A stretch of 64,000 nucleotides of DNA from Haplodiscus bocki (Eukaryota): the NCBI GenBank assembly GCA_965655095.1, contig OZ296648.1, positions 193,874,001 to 193,938,000 on the forward strand, given 5' to 3'. The first letter of the stretch is position 1; each line of letters begins with the position of its first letter. Below, piece by piece: positions 24,204 to 36,420 of the stretch. Made by a program: the position numbers and the translations under genes. The notes under the pieces were generated by a model. It was not told the DNA's origin, ran no database searches, and worked only from the letters and a program-made list of their open reading frames with translations.

Positions 24204-25479
24204 GTTAGAGATATTGTACTATAAAACATTAATTTAACAAAGTATTTCGAGGCATAGCAAGTGCAATTAATCTGGAATACAAATACGAGACAGATTTTTT
24301 GGGAGGAGTATGTCACGTAACTATACTGAAGAGCAAAAGACGTTCTCATTGGGAGCTGTGGCGTTGTTGGTTCAGCTCAATTCAATGTGAATCAGACACC
24401 GCGAAAATCTTCCGCAGGCAGAATTAGCAGAATTTACCGTTTTGAGCAGATTAAGCAGAATGAAATAATTTCCTGTTCATGCTCTTATCTTTATCTTTAT
24501 ATCTAAATATATAATTTTTTATCTTTATATCTTAGTATTTTTATATGTATTTATATATTTAGTTATTTTGACAATTATATATTTTTTAAAGGTAAGGATA
24601 AATTTTTAATGCTTAGTAGTATGCTTCTATTCACCACCCTGGGTAAAATAGCACAAATTTAAACATACCCAAATTCAATGCTTTTGGTTGTGAAGGACTC
24701 CGTGTTCTCAAATCGAAATATGCACACTACTATTATGATCATGCCGAATGAAGAGGGTGCCATCCAATAAGCCGGCCATTTAATTAACCGACTGCACTAT
24801 TGAACGAATTTGCATTGCGCGTATTTGACTTCCGCTCATTGCTCGGAATTGTTACATAATCGATTCACACTACGTCAGCCAAGAGTATTTCAGAAGTAGG
24901 CTAAAACCGGCTCGTTGAAAAATCGGTTAACTGAGCCGTAGGCTAGTTGATACTGTTACGTACCAAATGACATAAGACCGCTAATCATAATTTTGAAAGT
25001 AGTCTCACTAAACATAAAATTATCATAACTATTATACATAATGAGTACGATTGGGCTAATAACAGCCGGAAAGGGATTTGCAATACCAGCAGCCTTGAAA
25101 CCATCGCCTTCGGCACATCGACATCGCCCGTTCCGACCGCTCGGTGGCAGTTAGTTGTGACCTTGCTACTCTAGGAGATACTTACCTGCCGCCATTAGTA
25201 ACAATTTGTTGTTCGTAAAAACATCTGCTGACTATATTATAGCAAAGTTGTTGGATAAGTTTCTATTTGCATGTAAGTTTCAATCAATCAAAACATTCTG
25301 TCGGTACGAGATTTGTTTTTTATGTATAGTGAGACTCTTTTCAACTTTTTGTTCACTGGTCTTATATCATTTGGGAATCAACCAATACTTTGTGAAAAGT
25401 AGCTTCACGGCCACGCTCATGAGTTACCACTAGGTGGCCCATGAAAATCGATACATGTTTGAGAGTTGAAGCTCTCAAA

Positions 25480-25745
25480 AGAGCTATTGGCAAATGAGGC
25501 GGCTAAATGTCTGTCAAGTTGTCCAATCTCACCTGTCAGGGATCAGAATTGACACTGCCAAATTCGATGAAAATGTAGCAGTTACCATTTTAGATTCAGA
25601 GTATAGAAGTTGTAGAGCTATTGGCAAATAAGGCGGCTAAATGTTTTAAGACGTCCAATCTCTCCTGTCAGTCATCAGAATTGACACTGCCAATTCGATG
25701 AAAATGTAGCATTTGCTATTTTAGATTCAGAGTATAGAAGTTGTC
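25480..25745 (+). repeat. Tandem duplication, ~130-bp unit x2
   Basis: agagctattggcaaat..gcggctaaatgt..cagaattgacactgccaa..tagattcagagtatagaagttgt occurs twice in succession. Confidence 0.9.
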
Positions 25746-26762
25746 TAGGCTTGTTTGACTGGAATGATCCACATTTTACTTTGATGTTTGAAATAAGTGT
25801 CAACAATTCGTATGACTGAAAAGTGAGACAAGAATTTTCTGAAGCATTCCGGCGTACTGATAGTTGCATTTTTGAGAGCTTTTGTTCTAAAGATGTATAG
25901 TTTTCTAGCCACCAGTAGTTCCGACAAACCTTTTCGTTCAGAAACCATTACATAGCTCTTTACAAGCTTAAAGCGATAGCTGAAGGCCTATTGGTGCAAT
26001 ACGTTTTTCTTTTTTCTCCGGTTCAAATTCTGAAATCTCAAACGGAAACTACATGCAATGAATGACGATCAAGCGAGAGAGCGGCAGAAAAATGAAATTC
26101 GGAGGAAGTAGAAATAGTCTGTCTATGGTTACTTTTTGTTGGGATTTCAAAGAAGAAATAAAATCCAGGTTTGGCATCCTCATTTTTTTTTTGTAGTTTT
26201 TCATGAGAATTAGAATGGAAAGCTGAATTTGGACACCACAAGGAAGCTATTTTAATAGTTTTTGAAGCATAATTTACCCTTCATCTCATCGTGAATGTAG
26301 GGAACAACCGAAATGGCACCATGTTAGCATCTCAGCAGTACAACAAACACCAGGCTACAACAAGTTGGTTGTAGCTTTCAGTGAAAGTTTTGGTTTTTGC
26401 CAAGGAGCAATTAATTTATTGGGAAGTTCCACGAGACATGCTAGTAATGTAATTTGAGGTCTGTGTCTATTTGCGCCCAAAAATGTCTAATGTATTTGAA
26501 AGAAAATATACTGGACCCTCTGCTGAATTTAACTCTTCCGCATAGTAAGATCTCTGGAATACGCTATCTTCTTTGCTTTTTCCTATATGTTGCAAATTTT
26601 ACGTAAAATCAAAAATATGTGGATTTAAATGGCTGATTTTTTTCCATTGATGAAACATAGGCAGTAATTAATAATAATAATATAAAAATGTAAGTTCAAC
26701 AAAATCAGTTTACTCGTGCCAATTAATTAATAGTTTGTTAATTGATTAGTGAATTCAATTAA

Positions 26763-27065
26763 TTAATCATCTTGTGCTGCTGTGTCATTGATGGAAGAAG
26801 GATCAGAATTGGGGCCGAAGATGTGCTTTCGTGCTTGGTAAGCTTTGAGAGAACTGTTCTCACTGTAAGTGATGTAGAACGCGACAGTGTTGTAGGCTAC
26901 GAACACGATGAAAGAGACCACGACTAGAATCGACTGCCAAAGTGCGGCTGATCCGTCGTCGTCTTTTCCGAAGTTGATGAGGTAAACTGCCATGATGAGT
27001 ACTAGGATAGAGAGCGAATACACCGGCACTGCCAACAGGAGCATCACCCAGCAAAATGTCTCACT
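26763..27065 (-). CDS. Terminal exon of a nested antisense membrane-protein gene (two TM helices)
   Basis: Minus-strand catttcAG acceptor (phase 0); SETFCWVMLLLAVPVYSLSILVLIMAVYLINF..AALWQSILVVVSFIVFVAYNTVAFYITY..DD*; coding-like GC content. Upstream exons were not resolved. Confidence 0.7.
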   Translation of the reverse strand, partial: SETFCWVMLLLAVPVYSLSILVLIMAVYLINFGKDDDGSAALWQSILVVVSFIVFVAYNTVAFYITYSENSSLKAYQARKHIFGPNSDPSSINDTAAQDD

Positions 27066-30000
27066 CTGAAATGACTTTTCATCAAATTTATGATATAACT
27101 AGAAGTTCGGAAAATTTCTATTTTACGAAGTACTTAGAGGATTACTGGTTTTTGACATCTCGCGTTTAAAGACATTTTTCGCTCAACATTTTGAGACCTC
27201 TCCGCCTTGTGTGCACATGATCATTTTCTGTGCCATATTTTTCACATTTCTTTTCAAAACAGCAAAGTTTCGTGGGAATGCAGGGGACCCTTTGCACCAT
27301 CACCGCGGTGACATCATGCAAATCGAACGAGGTTTTCCTCTGTCAATGTTTATAGTAGGGATGAGCCTGAGAAATTTTTCAATCCTCTCCCTTTCTCCGG
27401 GAAAAGGCAAATAGGGGAAGCTGTGGACGACCGAGAATCAAACCGATGAGATTGAGCAAATCCAAAAACTGCATTCCTTCCGGTACGTATACAAAGGAAC
27501 ACTAGCAGTGGGAATGGCAAGGGTAGTTAAAAATTTTCACTGCTAATCAGCCGTGGTATCCGGGCCAGTGAATCGCTTCTCCCAAGCTCTGGGAACGAAA
27601 GGAATTTAAATCCAACAAAATCTAACAAAATATTGAGATTATTCCAAATTGGGTGCAGAAGTTAAGGAGCAAGGGCTCAGTAGTGGGAGCGTCCGACGAA
27701 ATTGAAGGGAGTGAAAAATTAATTTTACAGTTTTTCATTTCTTCGCAAATCGATTCTTGACTAGCTGGCTGAGCGGTAAGGAAATGATTTTTAGACGACA
27801 GTGTAATTTCATTCTAATTCTACTCATGTCGTGAAATTGATTATGAAAACTTCTTTGCGCGTAATGCCTAGCATCTTTAATGCGTTAATTTTTAAATTTT
27901 TGCATTTTCCCCAAAGTTTTCAGTTAGTTTTGTCAAATAAGCTCACTTCCTAATTTACTATGCTGTTTTAATACTTGTGTTTATGAGGTGCTCAAAACTT
28001 TGAACAATCTTTGTGTGGAGTGGGGACAAAATCTGGAAATCAAGTATTTTCAGCGTTTCAAATTTCTATGTGATGTTTTGTTAACTCACAGGGAAAGGAC
28101 TAATTTCAATCGAGTTTTCCTTACAAATTTTGACTGTCTCCTTAATTGCAACTTTTTGCTCCCGATTTATTGCTCTAATTGTTTGATCACGATATAAAAT
28201 TCTTGAATTACCCACAAGATTCTTACTTGTATGTTCATCTCGAACGTGGCTGTAATCAGTCAGATGTGTTGCTATAAATTCTGTCAATTGCAACCCGCAG
28301 GTGGAATATAATATGTTTGTTGTCGTAGAAGTTTGCTCAAGTAATGAAACTAGAATGCGTGAACCAGAAAGAAGTCTTTGTTTGACTATTCTAGAAATGT
28401 TTGGTCAACTTATGCACTTTCATTTAATCTCTTGCATCCCAACGTTGTTCGTCTTGTTACTTTGACCTCCTTTCATTCAGTTTGCATCTGATTGCATGGT
28501 CTATTTGTTGCTTTTGTGTCCTTCGTAGTTTTGAATGTTCGTGAAAAATTTGCATAACAGATGTTAATTCGTAACATGAGCTGTAGTTTCGTTTGTACCT
28601 TAAGCAAGGGCTTTGTCCTCGGTGACATTTTATAGTTCACCTCAAAAATAATGATTGGTGGGAGGTTTCGATGGTATTGAAGGATTTGAGGAATCTTGAT
28701 CTGAAAACTGAATTAATGGTTAATCTGATATCATTGTAGGCCGACTAGAGTTTTGTTGCTTACTGCGGCTTAATAAGTGCTGCGGAGTCCGGTTGATATC
28801 AATATCTTGTTCTGGTATTTAGATTTTTTTATGCTCTCAAAAGAAATTGTCAATAATTTCCGCCCACTTTCTAAAACGTTTATTTTTCTTGTAAAATATG
28901 AAATTCTTTTTGGAATTATTCGGTATATATTGCACCTGTATCAAATGTTGCGTTAAGTTTTTTCTACTTTTCTGCAGAAGTGAAATGACCAGGATTTGAA
29001 CTCTTTCAAGCAGTGCCTACATTTTCAGTCAAATTTTGTGGAATCATGTCTAAACTTGCATGTTTCTCGAAAATATACTGCTATCTGGCGTTTTATGTGC
29101 AAATATTAAACTTGAACCTTAAATTGTGAATTATACATTCCTTGCAAGATCCTTGCATTCGAGAGATTCATCTGAATCTCTTTCAAAGTCCATAAACTGC
29201 TTCAAAGATCTTTGAAGGACAAAATATTCCTTCTTAGGATCTGGTGAGCAAATTGATCCCTTCCAAGGTCTTTTAAGCTGTATACATCCCTTCTCGGGTC
29301 CTTGCAAAGATCTTACAGGGAATCTAGCATTTCCAAGGATCTTGGTCGAAGTCCATACATTTTCAAGGACCTTAAAAGTTCTCTTGAAGATGATGCATCA
29401 TCTTTGAAGCTCCTTCAAGGTTTTTAGAAGATCCGTGTAAGGATTTAATTTTCGTAAATTTAGGGCAGGCATTTTATTCAATGTCGAAAACGGGGTTGAT
29501 GAAAGCTGAAAGCCAGCGTTTTTCTGAATAACAGTTCTTCGAAATGTAAAATTAAGTTTTTTAGTGCCCAGAGCATAAATACAATACGTCGCCAGGTACT
29601 GTTTCTAAGAAGCTTAAAGACGCACAGGGATCCTTAACTGTTCGACAGTTGCTGTCAAAACCTTCCGGTTATATTACAATTAGAAAATTTGCACCATGGT
29701 TTCTTGGAATATTGTCTTCGCGAAAATATATTCTTTTTCACGCTGAAAATAGTGAGATTCTAGGATTGGGAATTTCCAAGGGGTCAAAAAAAAGAGGGAA
29801 CTGATTTGCGTTGATACATGTATTTTCCGGCTTATCGAAAGTATTCGAGACGACATTTTCGAAAGTTTATTTTCACAAACGATAAAATTTCAAAAGAATC
29901 ACTAGCAAATGAATATTTGAAAATTATCAACGAGAAGCTTGGACAGGACAGGAACCACAAACACCTGCCTTTAAGTGATATATTTATAATGGCCCTGAAA

Positions 30001-32436
30001 AAAGTGCCCGACTTATTTACAGTGGCTTTTGTTTTTTGGAACACCTTTGAAATCGACGAAATTCTACAAAAATTCTGTCTAACCGTAGGCCTCCGGACGT
30101 CCTAGAAGGGATAGCTCAAAACCTGGAAACAAAATATATTACGTACAAGAATACAAAAATTCCTATAGAAAAACCAAGTACCGAAAATTTATGTGATATC
30201 CCCCTCAAATATCTTAGGCCGTTCGGGAAGTGCCGACTTGAGCCTTTTTGACTTGTTTAAGCTCAAAAATCTCAAATCATGGCTTGTTTGTTCTAGTTTG
30301 CCCTTTACGCCACGGTCTCAGCTGGCGACTCAAAAGCCCCGGTTCGATTCCTGCACAGCACCACTTTCAACCTTAGCGTAGTCCAACCCAAACTCTACAT
30401 CCCGCCTCATGCACAGCACATAGAGCTACATGAGCAGGCTTTGACCCAAAATGTCCCTGTGAGGAACTGTTCCTCCAAACAGTTGCAGTTAACCTTGAGG
30501 TCAGTCAGGGTGGCACTCATGTGCATTTTATGTTTTGGGTGTTTTTGGCATATTCCTCTAAAAAGGAAAAACTGCTTATGTGTTGGTCATTGTACTGAAT
30601 TTTGCATTAATTTCTGCATTTATATGGATTAGTTTGTCGCCGAACTTTTTGAAAATTCTGTTAAAACTTGGAATTGTTTGTGTAGAGAATTTATCTTTTC
30701 CTGTGAAGTATACTTCTGTAAAAAAGCCAAGTGACTTCATGATGCGATATTTTTGGCGAAGAATTGAGCAATTTTTACAATTTGATTTTTCAAATTAATA
30801 TATCCAGGTCATCTTTAATATCAAAAATATTTAGAACGCAAAATATATTATTTTGCATTTTGGGCATATTTTGCTTGGCTTGTTTTCGAGTAAACGTTTC
30901 TGCGTATAATTGCCTGTCGCCCTGTTTCAGGTGTAATAATTCCGCTTTCATTGTGAATCCGGTTGAGTTGGAGTTGCAGCCGTATACTGTGGTCCCAATT
31001 GCCATTACGTTTGATCAAAGATGTAAAAGGTTGGAACTGGTTCAAATATATAGCCAACGATGCACAAATTTATTTCGAAAGGATGCAATAAATTTTTGCC
31101 GTTCGTTACTCTAATCTTGCGAACAGAGCTTTGTTAAATCCGTCTTTTTTCCAATCTCGACAAACTTTCTGACCGCAAACAAAATGTAATAGGCGCTCCA
31201 TTGGAGTCTCCTTGATATTCGTCAAGAAAATACTCGTCTTTTTCAGACTGATCTTCCAGGATATAAAAATGAAAATTGAACAATATCCTCAGAGTCAAAA
31301 ATAGACCGATTTTGTAAATGTCGGAGAACAACTAAAATGTAGTATCTAGTCGATCGGAGTGTTCTTGCTTTTCATCTGCAAAATATGTCCATTTCCAGAT
31401 GTTTTCCAGGATATTGGATTGAATTTGACAAAAGTTCCTCAAATACTCGGAAATACACCGATTTTCAAGTTTGTTTTATCCACCATTATTGAAAAAGTTC
31501 TGACGGCAACCAAAATGCAGTAGTTAATACGCTAGTATCCTTCTTGTTCGACTGCAAAATATTGGTCATTTTTGGGCTTACCTTCCAGGATATGATTGAA
31601 TTTTGACAACTTATCTCCGAATAGCGAAAAATAATTCGACTTCCGCAAAAAAATAGAAAATAGATTGAAGTCCCTGTAAGCCTTTTCAAACGTGAAATAA
31701 AATGAGAGCTCGGTGTCAAGGTACGAGATTCAGCGTTGCCAAAAGCATTCGAATACCCGATAATTGTTTGACTTTAAATGTTATTGCAAAAAAACCTGTA
31801 AAAATCTTCCTATCGAAAGCAAAAGTTAGTCAGGGTATTATACCAAGTCTCCTCGTTGAGCTTGTGCAGATTTTACCCATTTTAGAGACCTACACGCGGA
31901 ATCAAACGACTCTTAATGACAAATTATTGTCAATGTAGCCAAAATTTGCTCGACTTTCAAGTGATTTTGTATGAAAATCCTATCGCAAAATTATCTTACC
32001 GCAAGCCAAACTTTTGTATGTCGTAGATTAGAGTCTTGTGAAGTTTTTGCAAAAGTTGGAAAAATGCGTCATATAGGTATCCAAATAATGGGCTCTGAAC
32101 GAAAGTTTTTTTTGTGTGAACAACGAAAAAGTTTCCCTTGGATTCACCAGTGCTGGTGTCAAAGAGGCTTCGCTACGCTCGCTTGAAAAGACGCAAATGA
32201 AATCGATCTGATCCACAGATAAGTCAAAATATTTTTTGTGTGAAATATGGACCGTATGAAACGTGGCATGCGTGTTTTCCGGCAGATTCTGTATATTGCC
32301 GACTAAAATGGGCACTGAAGAGCGTTAATCCAACAGAAATTTTCACGAAAACTAACGAAAACATGGAAAGTTTTTATGAATATGCATAATATGAATCCTA
32401 AAAACTCCATAAACACCTGAAAGAACTTGCGTGCTT

Positions 32437-32798
32437 CTCTACATCTAAAAAAAGCAACTTCTACAAGGAGTGAATACGGCCTAGTTGAGTTACGCGCAAG
32501 ATCCTTCAACGAGAAAGTTTCTCCAGCGAAAGGAAATATCGTAAGCCAGCATCGTCTTGTAACAACTGCGATAGAGCCTAATCATACCCTCAACAGTTCC
32601 ACAGCTTTGATTGAACCGCTACTGCTAGGGATACGACGTCGATTTCTCCACTCCACCGCAATCTACTGAGCCTTAAATTTCGAGATGCCTACTCCATAGC
32701 AAGGGAATGTTTGCCCATCCCGAAGCGTTCTATAAACGACAAACTGCAATACCTGGACAAATCCCTCTACTCAAGCTACAGGAAGCTTTGACGTTCAA
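32437..32798 (+). repeat. Arm 1 of a long inverted repeat
   Basis: 32482-32798 equals the reverse complement of 34358-34674 with a single mismatch (32528). Confidence 0.95.
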
Positions 32799-34082
32799 TT
32801 CATCTTGCCTGTAATTCATCGGAACTGACTACTCCAGGTCTCATTTGGTGTTGAATTTACTTCACCAGTACAGTTCCAAATAATGAAAGTTTTAGCGACT
32901 TTTAAAAATCGAAATGACGCTCTTTTCAATTTTATGAACAAGTGTTATATTTCTAACTGATTGACAACCAATACAAGAATCTTCCGAAGCATTATCACAT
33001 GTTATTTACTCTTATCAACAATTCTCAGAACTACAACTCCAAAACCTGACCCACTTTTTCATTGCCCGCCTCTTATTATAATGTTTTGCAGAAAAACTTT
33101 AGTAAAAGTTGCTCTCATTATTCTGAATTTGTCAATTACGTCCGTCATCGTGGTATCAAGTAATTTACAGGAGCTCCGTTTTTCAAAAGAGGTTTCTGGA
33201 AATTCGTGAGTCGATTGTTTGGTTTTACTGGTCATCATTTGTTGCCAAGCCTCCATGTCAAAAAAAGAATCTGTGTCTTCGTTGAATTATTATGAGTGCG
33301 CATATGTAAAATCGTTGTCCACCACTGCAACCTTTCTGTGTCCGCGACTGTCAGATTTCTATGTCCTGGACTGTCGAATATCTTGGTCCGGTGGTGGCAA
33401 ATTTTTTCATCCTTCACAGCGAAAATTCTTGGCGACTAGCATTCGATCGCTCAAAGTCACATGCTCTTTGTTCTGAAAACCTCGGTACCCTGAAAATGGA
33501 AGACGAGGTTGTAAGGGGCAACTGCTGGACTTGAGTATATTGTTCTTTGGGGCCCACTGGCAACATTTGTTGAGCATAGAAAAGCTTCACTTCTTATTTT
33601 ACAAAAAATACATCGCGTACAGAGAAGGTAGATCACCTTTAAAGATCAGTTAGATTCTTTTTGTGATCGTCCTTACAGATTATAGCAGGATTAATGAAGC
33701 AATTTTGCGCGTGAGTGGATAGGAAGTCACCTTGTTCCCAGATTTATTTTTGAAAAATCGTCTTTTTGGTGGCACTGTTTAGGAGAACCCGCTCAGTTAG
33801 AGACGGTAGCAATTTGAATTTTTTTTATCGGCAGACCAGTAAACGTTTTCAAGGGGCTAGAACTATTTTTGCTTGGTGTCAGCTAATTAAGAGTAGTACA
33901 GGCTAGCTGCAATGTAATAAGTAATCTAATTTCAGCACCCGAAAAATTTATGGTAGCATTGATTCGCTCCACTGAAACTGGCTGAAGGGCCAACTTAACC
34001 GTCAGAGGCGAGTTTATAGAGAATCATTTTTCCATCTTCGGGTGGTTCACTGTGGTACTTGGACTTTTCATGATCAATTTAG

Positions 34083-34327
34083 AGATCACCAGTGCAAAGT
34101 GGTCTTAAAATTGTGCTTCTCCATCACACGGTTGTGGCTAATGCCAGTATACAGAAGTTAAGAGTTAGAAGGCGAAATTCTGCAGAGACTGAATTGATGA
34201 GCTGTTCTGACGTGATGTTTATACAAGTTACGTCTACTATATTTTTCAGGGGATCCGCTGTTAATATGAATGCTGAGGAAAAGAAATTGCAGCATGAAGT
34301 CTCGTATTTGTTTCCACCGACCTGCGA
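34083..34327 (+). CDS. CEP192: Candidate CEP192-like exon
   Basis: caatttAG (phase 0, fits 24203) and ga|GTAGGT (phase 2, fits 36296). The joined translation HEVSYLFPPTCE-EQASVIITVEPEGP resembles the CEP192 ASH repeat, but similarity is weak. Confidence 0.5.
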
Positions 34328-34357
34328 GTAGGTTCCATCCACAGAATGCGGAAAACT

Positions 34358-34718
34358 TTGAACGTCAAAGCTTCCTGTAGCTTGAGTAGAGGGATTTGTC
34401 CAGGTATTGCAGTTTGTCGTTTATAGAACGCTTCGGGATGGGCAAACATTCCCTTGCTATGGAGTAGGCATCTCGAAATTTAAGGCTCAGTAGATTGCGG
34501 TGGAGTGGAGAAATCGACGTCGTATCCCTAGCAGTAGCGGTTCAATCAAAGCTGTGGAACTGTTGAGGGTATGATTAGGCTCTATCGCAGTTGTTACAAG
34601 ACGATGCTGGCTTACGATATTTCCTTTAGCTGGAGAAACTTTCTCGTTGAAGGATCTTGCGCGTAACTCAACTACGCCGTATCCACTCCTTGTAGAAGTT
34701 GATTTTTTTGGTGTAGAG
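34358..34718 (-). repeat. Arm 2 of a long inverted repeat
   Basis: Reverse complement of arm 1; weaker similarity also links 32401-32434 with 34801-34835. Confidence 0.95.
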
Positions 34719-36295
34719 TCTGTGATGAGCCATCCAGGTATTCTGTCTGAGGTAACGTTCAGTATTGACTCATCAAGATAGCCCCTTTTGTGATCCTTGC
34801 GAACGCAAGTTGCTTCAGGTCTTTATGCATTTTTCGTTTCCCTCCAATTTGTTCTTGTTAACGAAAAGAGTCATGATAACGCGGATGCAATGATGAATTG
34901 AAATAAAGCGTATCGTATTTCATTTAAAAATGAGGCGGATAAATTATCTCATAGTTCGATGCCTAATTTTTTGAAGTTTCTTCGGGAGGCGTTTCTCATT
35001 TTTTTTTCCACTGTTTTCGACAGTTTACCCATAATAGTACTTCGCTAAATCGCGAAATTTTCTGATGCAATACGGTTTTGATTTTAACAAAAGAAGCCCT
35101 GCTGCTGTTACACCAAATGAAACGTTATTTTTATGGGCCGCGAAACTCGGGGATGCCTCGACGGCTGTTGGACTTTAAATTAAAAGTGATGTTTCAATTT
35201 TTCAGAAATGTTTAAAGCGTGTTTTGCACTCTTGTTGAAATGTCGTTTACACATTACACGGTATGTATTGATTGAATCGCGTGTTGCGCCTTAGTAGCTT
35301 AACCCGGTGTACTATTTAATGTTTCATTCATTCACCTTACCTTCACCAATGACGTCATGATTGCTCATGTCGTGGACGTTCAAGCCGAACGTTCTTTTGA
35401 GCGAATTCGAAGCAGATCACAAAAGCTCCTGTGTAATGATGGTATAATTGTAACTCTGCAACATTGGTTCAGCCAAGCAAATTGAAGAAGACTCAGCGTT
35501 TCTGAACTTTTCAGCTTCGTCAAAAATATCGTTCGGCTTGTGTTTACTTCAACTGCTCATGTCACTCATGGTATTCACATGGATTGTTTCCCTTTCCAAA
35601 CTTCCATAATTTTGTGCATGACATTCAATCACTAATAATCAATCTTTACCTGTTTACTTGTATCCCTGTTATATCTTCTGGTGATAATTTTCTGTACCAT
35701 TATTATCATTAGTTTATGAAGGTTTCCTTCCCAAAATATAAGTAGATAGTTGGTGGTTGGTGCCCGGTTCCTTCATGAAAGGGTTGAAGCGTCCCCTTGT
35801 GCAAGTAATGCATAATTAGTTGTGGGATTTGTTTTTAGTGTTGTTCTAACAAAAGTTTCGGGATGTTAAACTCGAGGGATGGTTTATTTTTGCAAAACCA
35901 ATGAATGTGTAATTAGCTGTTGTGATAAAACGTCCTAACAACCCTTTTGGTAAAATGGTTTTTTTCCACTTTCGTCATAAACGTTGCTGGTTTTTTAAGG
36001 AACTATATACTGTTCAGAATGAAATACTTTTGGCGTACTCCATTTTTAACTCTTTCACGAGACTCTTAAGCTCAAGAGGAGATGCCAAGTTTTTCCGGGA
36101 CATTAAAATTAAACGGGACATGAGAACCTGAGCAATACATTTGCCAAGAGCTTTCAATTTTTGTTTCTTCTTTGCTAACAGTAGATCCACAAAACGTAAC
36201 CACAATCTCTTGCATGCGCAGCATTGTTTTCATGACATGGTTGAAAGTGTTTAGTTCTCATGTCGGAAAAACTTTCAATTTCTTGGTCGTTTTAG

Positions 36296-36420
36296 GGAGC
36301 AAGCATCAGTGATCATAACAGTGGAACCCGAAGGCCCTGTTTATACTGTTAACGTCGATGGAAAGGGTCTGGACGAGGACAATCCCGCTCTCACGTCTAT
36401 TGGGCCCAGTACGTCATCAG
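36296..36420 (+). CDS. CEP192: CEP192-like exon
   Basis: gttttAG acceptor; EQASVIITVEPEGPVYTVNVDGKG resembles IFVQPFGPQYEVVLKG; donor g|GTAGGT (phase 1). Confidence 0.75.

Noticed and set aside
24243-24417. Additional CEP192 exon(s) just after 24203
   Set aside because: Protein-like fragments exist, but no consistent phase is possible without invoking a frameshift or a 24-nt intron.
25178-25190. ATACTTACCTG as the 5' end of a U1 snRNA gene
   Set aside because: The sequence after the first 11 nt does not continue as U1; it is better read as a minus-strand donor or chance.
30290-30365. tRNA gene (GGTTCGATTCC ... CCA)
   Set aside because: No convincing D-arm or acceptor-stem pairing; more likely a degenerate SINE head.
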